From Eledone cirrhosa (lineage: Eukaryota): 64,000 nt of DNA. The notes beneath the pieces are model-generated. The model did no database searches. It was given only the letters and a program-made list of their open reading frames with translations, and was not told the origin of the DNA. The stretch is taken from contig OZ024740.1 in NCBI GenBank assembly GCA_964016885.1, positions 43,648,001-43,712,000 of the forward strand, read 5' to 3'. Shown one piece after another: positions 1-10,303 of the stretch; the stretch's first letter is position 1; each line of letters starts with the position of its first letter. A program made the translations under genes and the position numbers.

Positions 1-2558
1 GAGTGGCGGAGGCGCGTCGTGGCAACAAAGCCACGATCCGGTCTTTGGTGGACCACCACGGGAGCATGCTACTCGATCCCGGGCAAATGTGTGAAGCTTT
101 TCAGCGATACTTCACTCAGCTGTTCGGGGGCAGCGGTGGGCCGGGTCGAGGGATGGTCTTTAGTGTCTACCTCGACGGACTGCCGTGGCTCTCGACCACT
201 GAGGCGGAGTGTTGCGAAAAGCCGATAACAGCCACTGAAGTAAGGGAGACAATGACTGGCTGCACAAGGGGTAAATCACCTGGTTTGGATAGTCTGCCCT
301 ATGAACTTTACGTACAGATGCCAGACTTGTTCGGAGGCCTCTTGGCGGACGTCTACTGCAACTGGCAACAGAACGGGAGAATTCCCAGTTCTGTGAGCCG
401 AGGAGCGGTGGCACTGCTGAGAAAGGATCCGAACAAGGGGGATAACATAGATAATTTCAGGCCCATAACTCTGTTAAACACAGAGTTCAAGATTTTCGCC
501 AAGGTGCTAGCAAAGAGGTTGGCGCTTTTCGTTGGTGGTCTGGTGGGAGAGGCGCAGACATGCGCCATTCCCAACAGATCCATCCACGACAACCTCCACC
601 TCATGCGTTACATCGTAGAGAGGGTAGCTAGGGAACCTGGCACGGGTGGGTCCTTGATCAATTTAGATCAGTCGAAAGCTTTCGATAGGGTTGACCATCG
701 TTACCTAGCGGCAGTGCTGAGGGCGGCTGGATCGCTGCCATGCACAGCGACATCTGCTCTGTGGTGAGAGTGAACGGTCACCTTTCGGAACCGTTCAACA
801 TCATGCGCTCGGTCCGCCAAGGATGTCCCCTCTCGTCCCTCTTGTACGTATTGACTCTCGAGCCATTACTGCACAAACTGGAGACGTTGAGGGGCGTCCC
901 GCGCGAACTAGGATGCGGAAGATCCGTGTCAGCATATGCGGACGATGTCACCGTAGTGGTGTCGAACGCCAAACACATCGAGGCGATCGGCACTACACTA
1001 AGAGAATACGAAGCGGTGACAGCAGCAATGATCAACCAGGAAAAGTCAGTGGCCCTGCAGCTCGGCACCTGGAGAGGCATGTCCATGCCGTCCAACAGCG
1101 TCATCGGACGCTGGACGGACGGACCGGTTAAATTGCTAGGAGTCTGGTACGGTCCGGACCTCCAGACGGACAAAAGTGGGACGAGGTGACGAGCAGGGTG
1201 GCTTCTCTCACCCAGAAATGGGCCGAGAGGAAGCTATCCCTGAAAGGTCGAGCGGAGGTGGCTAACGCGTACAACGCGTCTGTCATCTGCTACCGCCTGG
1301 CCGTCGTACCTTGTCCTAAGCCTCGCCTGACTGCGCTGGAGCGTTTCCTCTTTCGCTTTTTGTGGAAGGGACGCGCTCCGATGGTCAGGCGCTCCATCTG
1401 TTGTCAACACCCGCTACGTGGAGGGCTGGGCATGCCGTCGCTGATGATGCGCAGGCACGCGCTCAGGCTACGACATTTCCACCTCCTCCTGGACGGTGAT
1501 CAGGTGTGGTTGCCGTTTGCTAGACACGTATTTCCCCAGCTCGTTTCCTTGACGGAGCCGCAGTCCTGGGTCAAGCGAAGACCGACAGTGAGCGCCTGGA
1601 GACTGGAATGTCTTCAGGCGCTCACAGCCCTCGACCTATCGGGCAATGTGATCGGTGGAAACTCCACCTCGGCGTTCTATAGAGGATCAGTGGAGGGGAA
1701 GAGCGACGACGTACTTGGGGAAACTCTAGGCGTCGACGAAAATCAACTAGCCAATCTCTTCGGAAGAACTTTCGGGCCGGGGCCTATGGACAACTTCCAG
1801 AATTCTCTGGCCTGGCAGTGCTACCGAGGAGCCTTGCCAGTTCGGGATAAACTCTACAGGCATGGAGGTGCCGTCAGCCGGGCATGTCCGAGATGCGCGC
1901 AGGGCGACGAAACCGTCCTGCACGAACTCGTCCAGTGTCCGAAAATTGCTGACTTGTGGGTTTATGCTAACACCTGCTGTCGCGTTTAGGACGGATCCGG
2001 CTATCATCTGAGTCCATCGTGAGTATTGCCCCGCCCTCCTCCTTTAGCCGGGAAGGGCAGGCAGTTTTTATCTGTCTGGTGGCCATGGCGAAATAGATAG
2101 TATGGTGGACACGTTTGAAAGGGCTGAAGACGAGCACTTACCTCTTCGGTGATGCTCTGATTGACTTTTTCAAATTTCATTTGAAAAGGAAAATCAGAGT
2201 AGAGAGGGAAGTGCTCTCTTCCCAGCATTTTGTTGAAAGATGGGTGAGAGAAGCAAGAATGGCCCGAGTGAATGGGCCTACTCTGAGTATATATCTGTAA
2301 ATTAAAGGTGGAAAACTGGAGAGGGCACTTGCCTTGGTGGTCAGGGTCATTGTGACTTTTTACTGGGCTTTCTCCACAAATGTCCCTCCGAAGTCTCCCC
2401 CCTATTGGGGAATTTTTCATTGTTATTTTCATTGTTATTTTTGTTACATCCTCTGTTTTGGTTTTTTACACGCAGAAATGCCCATTTGTACCGTCCTGCA
2501 TTGTCCTGCACTGTCCTTAATGTCTACTTTATGTAAACCCTTGTGGTTAATAAAGAAA

Positions 2559-2560
<2 letters not shown>
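1..2560 (+). mobile_element. Tx1/L1-clade non-LTR retrotransposon, lineage B, 3' part (runs off window start), ORF2 disrupted
   Basis: ORF pieces 3-767, 740-1189, 1186-1989 and 2115-2300 carry RT motifs (KSPGLD, NFRPITLLN, LDQSKAFDRV, QGCPLS, AYADD) and the knuckle CPRC..H..C. Microhomology (GGCTGG) deletion near 730. 3' UTR ends AATAAAGAAATC, then (ATT)n. Confidence 0.95.

Positions 2561-2608
<48 letters not shown>
2561..2608 (+). repeat. (ATT)16 microsatellite, tail/target of the preceding element
   Basis: Perfect trinucleotide repeat directly after the element 3' end. Confidence 0.97.
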
Positions 2609-2879
2609 TTGCTTTAAATATTTCAATTAGAAGGAAAAACCAAGGAAAAAGAAGACGCACTGGCTTAATGGTATTAAACATCGATTGAAAAATAAATATA
2701 TAAGAATACAGTGAAAAATTGTAAAAAAATAATTTAAATGGTTTCCAGAAAATTTACATTTGTCTGCTCATGTGTGTGTGTGTTCTTGTTATTTTCTTAG
2801 CGTATAAACAAATATCCACACCAATTATATCATATATACTGCTTTACCTTTACCCAACAGAGGAGGGAAACATTTTTAT

Positions 2880-3190
2880 TGATATATATGTATTTGTAAA
2901 TACACACAGGGACACGCGAACAAACACACAGATACACGTAGAACTACACTCATACACACACAGACATACATGCATGCATACATGTATACATACATACATA
3001 CATACATACATACATGAATATACACATACATACATATACAAACTTACACACACAAACACACACACACATATATATATATATATATCTGTATGTATGTATA
3101 TATGTCTGTAAGTATGTTTGTAAGTATGTATGTATGCATATTATTGATGTATACAAACGTATATATCAGCATATATGTTTATATACACAT
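2880..3190. repeat. Compound (CA)/(CATA)/(TA)/(TATG) simple repeat region
   Basis: Visible low-complexity repeats; ORFs here are repeat translations. Confidence 0.9.
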
Positions 3191-3227
3191 TTCTATCTAT
3201 AGGAGAATTTATGTGAATGTATGCATG

Positions 3228-3332
3228 TCGTGAATATGCGCGGTTTAACATTTAGATTGTTCAACTCAGGAACATTAGGTCGTAGGTTCGATTCCCGCGT
3301 CGGGCGGCGCTTTATCTCACATTGCTTCAGTC
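3228..3332 (+). mobile_element. Degenerate tRNA-derived SINE relic
   Basis: B-box GGTTCGATTCC at ~3286; no convincing cloverleaf or A-box. Confidence 0.4.
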
Positions 3333-3358
3333 ATATAAACCTCAATATCTGTTTTTGT

Positions 3359-3417
<59 letters not shown>

Positions 3418-3418
<1 letters not shown>

Positions 3419-3608
3419 CGAAAGAAATGTGGTAAGGAACCAGATGGACCATAACGCACCAAAGTACTCAATACTTAGGGTAATAGAGTGGGTAATAGGA
3501 ACGAGTAGGACCCCGACGGCTGGGCTCAAGCCGTTTCGACGGCTAATTTTAGTCCAGAATTAGCCGTCGAAACGGCTTGAGCTCAGCCATCGGGGTCCTA
3601 CTCGTTCC

Positions 3609-3643
<35 letters not shown>

Positions 3644-4816
3644 AGGTTCAGGACCCCGACGGCAGAGCTCAAGCCATTTCGACGGCTATTTCTGGACTAA
3701 ATTAGATTTTTAGCGTGGTAATGATATCGCCGTACTTTTCAAGGGGTAATTCCATATATGGGCATGCGATAATCATGCAATTCTGAAGATCGTAGTTGTC
3801 AAAAGGGTTAGTCGAGGTTTCTTGTAAACACAGTTAAAACTTTCATAGGGGGTGGAGTGGCTGAACTTGCGAGTAGAACAATGAGGGAATGGGTGAAGCC
3901 GGTCAAGCGTTGAAAGTAAGTTCTATACAGCAAATTCTAAGGAGTATGGATGAAGTAGACTAGCTAGAAAGCAAGCGAAAATAGAATTCTACAGAAATCT
4001 GAAAATGGGAAATTATGAAATTAAAAAATTAAAAATAAAAATAAAACTAGAAACTAGATACTAAAACAGCTGCTATATTCTTAGATGGTGTTGCGTTTTC
4101 AGCCAATGCTATATAGTCCGTTATGGTGCATCTGGTTCCTTACCACACTTCCTTCGTTTTATATATATATATACATCTCAGATAGGGTGTGGTAAAATAC
4201 CATATGCGCCATAAGCAACCAGAGTACTCGATACCGACGGCTGAGCTCCGGCCGTTTCGACTGCTAGATCCGAACTAATCCACCAATACTGGTGACATAG
4301 TTCGGATCTAGCTGTCGAAACGGCCGGAGCTTAGCCGTCGGGGTCCTGAATCTTGTCATATATATATATATATATATATATAGTTATAGAGGTGCGTATA
4401 TTTTAATTTATATTTTTAATTATTGTGTTCCTACCCTGCCTTCCATAGATTATAGATTCCTTACACTGGTGGTGGTTTTCCCTGTTTTATTGATGGCACA
4501 CTACCTCTCTCTACTTTCATACACAATCCTTAGAATTTGCCGTACAGATTTCACTTTCAACGCTTGACCGGCTCCACTCCCTCATTGTTCTACAGGCAAG
4601 TTCAGTCACCCCCACCTCCCACCCACTGCCATGATAGACTTATTTGTGTTTACAACAAATGTTGACCAATCCTCTTGACAACTACAATCTTCCCATATAA
4701 GGAAGTACCCCCTTGAAAAATTCGGCTATTTATTTACCAGACTAAAAATTCTAATTTAGTCCAGAAATAGCCGTCGAAACGGCTTGAGCTCTGCCGTCGG
4801 GGTCATACTCTTTCCT
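3418..4816. repeat. Cluster of four (TA)n-flanked modules of an unclassified palindromic repeat family
   Basis: Shared segment GGACCCCGACGGC..GAGCTCAAGCCGTTTCGACGGCTA in both orientations. 53-bp inverted arms at 3496-3548/3558-3610. A second palindrome at ~4235-4340. 3651-3960 is an inverted homologue of ~4510-4805. Confidence 0.8.
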
Positions 4817-5485
4817 ATATATATATATATATATGCGTGTGAGTGTGTGTATTTGCAATGACAAAATATTTTAGCATGAAATCTAAGGTAATATATAACC
4901 AAGTTGAAGCGACACGTAGCTGCATTTAAATAACAGGTTAATGCAGTCAGCAGGACTACGTTCTATAATATCAGTGATGGTATTCTATTTCATTGCATTG
5001 TTGTTCTATTGTAAATATATATAACCCCAAAGAGAAGGACAATACAACCAATCTCACCATAATAAAACTAAACCCTTTACAGGCTTGTGTAAAACGGACA
5101 CAATGAAAATATCAATAATACCTTCCCAAATTAATTTAGATTCTTTTGGCCATTTTTCCGACATAGCAATCACATCACCGATTTCACAAAAATATTTCCT
5201 ATACGCTAATGTTCGTAGATATGAAATCTAAATGTGTCTATAATATAAGCAATATATTATTGTTTACGCCATGTCAACCTTGATCAACTCAAAATTAGTT
5301 TAAAGATATTTTGGCTGAAATACTGTAGATCAAGCATAGCGAATTTACGATTGGATAAATAATATATATCTTTACTTGGACAAATCACATGCCCGATGTT
5401 ACAGACAGTAAATCGCCAAGCCCTTCGGCTTGACACGTGCTGTTGAAAGGGCAATAGCTCAGCTGTCGGCTCCCGACACTTTATT

Positions 5486-5698
5486 GTGGATTGGCAGTAT
5501 CGGTAGAGGGTAGAACACTATGCTTTGACGCATAGAGTTACACCCCTTGCCATTCTGAGTTCAAATCGCCAAATATTGCCATTCTGAGTTCAATCGCGCC
5601 AAGGTTAACTTTGCCTTTCATCATTACGGGGTTGATAAAATAAAGTACCAGTAATGTACTGGATAACTGCTGGCCTTGTACCAAAAGTAGAAACAATT
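5486..5698 (+). mobile_element. tRNA-derived SINE (older copy, internal B-box duplication)
   Basis: A-box TGGCAGTATCGG; TTGCCATTCTGAGTTCAA present twice; central GCCTTTCATC..GGGGTTGATAAAAT; tail GGCCTTGTACCAAAAGTAGAAACAATT; homologous to 46427-46611. Confidence 0.88.
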
Positions 5699-5893
5699 CT
5701 ATAACTATACTAAACTACACCAAGTATCGAGTACTCTGTTGATAAAGGGTCTAACCAGTTCCAAAATGATTCCATCCTGATTTATAATATACTAGTAGAG
5801 GTAGCCGGCGTTTCTCGGGCATTAAATAGCAGTCATGTGTATGCATGTATATGTATGTGTATATGTGTATATATGGATATATATATGTATATA

Positions 5894-5942
<49 letters not shown>

Positions 5943-5943
5943 C

Positions 5944-6720
5944 GGTATGTACAAGTTTCTTCTAAGTTTAAATTTACACCTAATTGTGTATGGTTGGCGA
6001 TATATTTAGTCAGTTTCCACATGCTGTTGAAATGTTGGGTAAATACTCTATTGGGGTCACCGAGAAGAGGCCGCTTTCGGTTATTTATCAAATATTTCTT
6101 AATAGGAACCTTTATTCTTATAGCCTGGTCTAATTGATTTTTTTATATGGTTAATTATGCTAATTGGGAGAGAAAATGGTATATATTTTATCTAATAATT
6201 CTAAGGACATGATTTATGATATATTGCTCTGATTATTTAATTTATTAATTCTTCATTGAGCCACAACGTGACCGGTTGCCACATATATATATATCTGTGA
6301 CTTTATGTATATGTAAATCTTTATATTTAATCATCTCCCGTTGGGTTGAGATACAATTGGGCGATATTGGGCTGCGCTTTCTAGCAACCAGCCTACCCGC
6401 CGTAAGCAACTAATCACATTCTTTCTAACTTGACCACTGCCACGTCACGATTCTTAGCCATTTTTTAATCTATTTTTGGCGAGATCGCTTTGGAAAAATT
6501 AACTGTTCAACTGAGTTTGTCTCCTGCTGAGTCTGTTACTCTAGGTTCATCCTTAACAGAAGTATATCTAAAAATACGGACGAAACCATGGTAGAGATGT
6601 AATTAAGGTATGTACACGTTTCTTCTAAGTTTAAATTTACACCTAATTGTGTATGGTTGACGATATATTTAGTCAGTTTCCACATGCTGTTGAAACTAAT
6701 AATTCTAAGGACATGATTTA

Positions 6721-6728
<8 letters not shown>
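5944..6728 (+). mobile_element. Penelope-like element (pLTR) relic with direct repeats
   Basis: 5944-6032 is repeated at 6607-6695, and 6192-6224 at 6696-6728. A minimal hammerhead motif lies just upstream of the second repeat. Flanked by (TA)n. Confidence 0.6.
6519..6598 (+). ncRNA. Type I minimal hammerhead ribozyme motif (A6>C core variant, probably inactive)
   Basis: Stem I GTCTC/GAGAT; core CTGCTGA (6524-6530); stem II GTCTGT/ACGGAC; GAAA (6582-6585); palindromic stem III ACCATGGT; cleavage triplet GTA (6591-6593). Confidence 0.72.
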
Positions 6729-6780
<52 letters not shown>

Positions 6781-7792
6781 ATATATTGTTATACTTTGGG
6801 AGGGTCATGTTGCCAATAAGAAACACACGCACCAGTAGCTTTCACTTCAATTTATTATAATAAATTTATAAATTTAGGAATTTATAAGTTTCCGGTTGGT
6901 TGGTTGGTTCCACAGCCAGATGATTGTTCATATATTGTCAAAGTTCTTTCGTCACACATTCTGTGACCTCTTCAGTGATTGGGGATTCTTTTCTTTGTTT
7001 TTGTGCCTCTCCTTTGTTCTGTTTTACGCCATCTTGTTTTTGTGTGTGTTGTGTGCTTAGTTTGCGCATGTGTTACATCCGGGTGTCTGTGTGTGTTTAT
7101 ATTTGTTTATTTGTTTATTTATTTGTTTATTTACATGTTACTGGTTGGTTGTTTGTTCTATGTGCGTGTGTGTTTTCATTTTGTCCTTAATTGTAAGTTG
7201 TCATGTTGCTGTTCCATTCATGTTTTCTATTTAATTTTGAACAAACAACCAACCCTCTCTCTCTCTCTCTCTCTCTTTTCTCATTTTCTCATACCCTCTC
7301 TCTCTTTCTCTCTCTATAGAATGGATAACAACCAAGAACGCGGAGATCTCTCTCTCTCTGCCTGTCTATATATATATATGTGTGTGTGAAAACCAGCTTT
7401 CGTCGCCATTCTCTCTCCCTCTATCTGAATATATTGTACCTCTTTCTGAATAACGGCCTATCGCTCTCTCTCTCTCTCTCTCTCTACCTCTCTCTATTTT
7501 GATGTATATGTATGTATATGTGTGTGCATGTGCGTAGTTTTCGTGCGACCAGCCAGCCAGCCAGCCAACGAATATTTATCTAGGGGCAGCATTAAACAAA
7601 TACTTGGAAATTTTAAGGGTGCAAAACCCTCAAGAGAGCATAACGCATGTTTGTTCTTAATTTGAAGAAAATCGGTTGCAAACTGTAGACGTTATGTGGG
7701 TACGGTCATACACACACAGGCATCGTCAGTTATATATATATATATATAAATTATCGCTCTACATGGCGGAATATAATAAATGTAATCTGAGT

Positions 7793-8345
7793 TTTTCGAA
7801 TATTAATAATAATATTCGATTCGTTTGCAATTATGCAAACAGTCTCTTTTTTAAAGCCATGTCAATAGAATGAGCACCTCATCCTTGCTCTTGAGTCGGA
7901 ATGTAAAGAGAACTGCAGAACTAATGTTTATGGGTGTCACCCTTCCTCAGTGCAGTTCACTGTTCTCTTGCCAACTGTCAAGGCTAGTGAAAATATATAT
8001 TTTCTAAAATATACAGTGACTGATCAGCCTGATTTGCATATTAGCAGGCTGTGGATCAGTCAGATCTGCATATTAGCAGATTCACTGATCAGTCAGATTT
8101 GCATATCAGCAGATGGCCAGTCAGTTTCCTGTATACGAGCGATTAAAGGCCGGTTTTGCCATATTCAAATAAAAAAAAAGTATCGCTCTACATGGCTGAA
8201 TACAATAAATCTTTTTGTTCTGCAGTTCTGTTTACATGCCAACTCAAGAGCAAGAATTAGTGGCTCATTCTATTGGAATGGCTTTAAAAAAGAGGCTGTT
8301 TGCATAATTGCAAACGAATCGAATATTATTATTAATATTCGAAAA
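7793..8345. mobile_element. MITE/foldback-like element with 68-bp inverted repeats
   Basis: 7793-7860 and 8278-8345 are reverse complements with one mismatch; internal ~31-bp tandem repeats at ~8018-8110; (TA)n nearby on both sides. Confidence 0.7.
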
Positions 8346-8742
8346 CTATATATATTCGAAAAATATTTATATATATATTAGATATTAATTTAACAATGAA
8401 AATAATAACAAAGTCAAGTTATTTTACCTATTCATATCATTATTTTACGATCGTTTAGGAGGGTTGATCCTATTGACATATTGACTGATCTATAGCAGTT
8501 ATATAACTATATACTATCAGACTTTATATATAGGTTCGGTCAGACCGTTGCCATCGGAAACAATGACAGAATAATTACGAAGAAAGGTACAGTTAAATAA
8601 TCCTTGCTATTCCAGCCTTCCATAACCTTAGAAAAAAAACTTTCCTTACAGTTTGCGGCTTCAACCATGCTGGTACAGACATACATCAGTCGGTAATTAA
8701 ACAGTGTTTAATATGCTGTATACATCATATAATTGAACATGA

Positions 8743-9068
8743 TTTTTTTTTTTTTTTTTTTTTTAGTATTGTAAACGTTAATTTTGACGTTAAATGTATA
8801 TAAACAACAGGAACAAAAATAGAAACTCATTACTTGCTAGTATTACAATCCAGCGTATAACATGGGCAATAGTTGAATACAATGAAAGTATCAGGTCATA
8901 AACCACAAGGATATGGTCCGAACGTGGAAAGGCTGAACTCCCACTCTCATCGCCTCCATCTCTCTCACCATCCCCATCTCTCTGTATGGTGAGCAAAAGG
9001 GGTTCCAAGTGCTGGCCTCTCCACAGCTCCGGCGGACAGAATGGAGAAGGCGTTTCCCTGGATTATCT
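8743..9068 (-). mobile_element. Possible 3' relic of an RLE-type non-LTR retrotransposon with poly(A) tail
   Basis: Minus strand 9060-9031 encodes QGNAFSILSA, resembling the C-terminal QRGNA motif of RLE elements; T22 at 8743-8764. Confidence 0.4.
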
Positions 9069-9129
9069 CTCTATAACATTATTGTAAACAATATCTGTAG
9101 TGAATGAAACATGTGTAAAAATAAATAAT

Positions 9130-9182
9130 TGTTTCTACTTTAGGCATAAGACCAGCAATTAACCAGTGCATTACTGGTACTT
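9130..9182 (-). mobile_element. 5'-truncated SINE with 18-bp TSD
   Basis: SINE 3' tail flanked by TGTGTAAAAATAAATAAT at 9112-9129 and 9183-9200. Confidence 0.9.
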
Positions 9183-9637
9183 TGTGTAAAAATAAATAAT
9201 GTATCAACTGTTGAAACTTGGTGATCTATTTTCTTTCTTAAGTATATATATGTGTATATAATTAGATAGTGAGTTACATGAATACACCGTTAACTGTAGA
9301 AGAAGATAGGTATTTATTTCACAAGATTTACATATATTTCATTAATATATGAAGGCCTTGCATCTAGAAAATGCTAATCCCGATATTATATTAGGAAAAT
9401 TCGGATTCAATTATGGTAAATTTCTCTTTACATATCAAATTATCAAAACAAAATAACGACTTCAAAGAAAATTGGAGTCCGAGCGGGAATGGCAGAAGGT
9501 AAGGTGTGTGTCTATGTGTAGATGTGAATGTGTGTGTGTGTGCGTGTAAATACACACACAGACAGACAATACTGATGATTTCCTTCGAATGAAACAATTC
9601 TAGTCCTGTAGAAGCCATGCCACCTCTCCCTCTCTCA

Positions 9638-9716
<79 letters not shown>

Positions 9717-10303
9717 TATATGTGTATAAATATTATATATATAGTTATTTGTTTATTTATACACATATAATATAATCGAATTTCTGTCAAGATGCAAAAT
9801 AATTTAGCATGATCTCATTCTTTTTTTTCTTTATAAAAAAATAAATCTTTATATTTAATATCAACTGTGTTATTCTCTTTGATCTTCGCTGAAATTCGTT
9901 TGATCAGCCTTTGAAAACCGTTTGTTTAAAATTCAGTTGAAAAACGAAACAAAAAAACAAAACACTTTTAATATTCTTCTTTTATCACTGACTGCGAAAT
10001 ATTTTAGTTCTTACACTTATATAATAATAATAATAATAATAATGATTTCATTTATTGGCCACAAGGGCCGACATATAGGGGACAACACAATAGACAGGGA
10101 CAGTGGGGGTTTACATAGAGATCGAGTAAGTATAAATAACAAAAAAACAAAAACAAAATAACAATAAAAATACAACAATGAAAGTTCCCCCAATAAGAGG
10201 GATCACCACCCAGGGTTGACTCAAGCACCCCACCAGTCCTGAGCCACCCGACGCTCCTAGGGCACCCGGGAAGGGCACCCCTCTCCTTCTCGAATTCACC
10301 AGC

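Noticed and set aside
4289-4332. Hammerhead from CTGGTGA..CGAAAC
   Set aside because: Stem I and the cleavage triplet are absent; the motif is explained by the palindrome arm.
9395-9498. Possible host exon ending AAG|GTAAGG
   Set aside because: Weak acceptor, unrecognisable peptide, no partner exons.
2444-10161. Short ORFs rich in YI/CV/HT/N repeats
   Set aside because: Translations of microsatellites.
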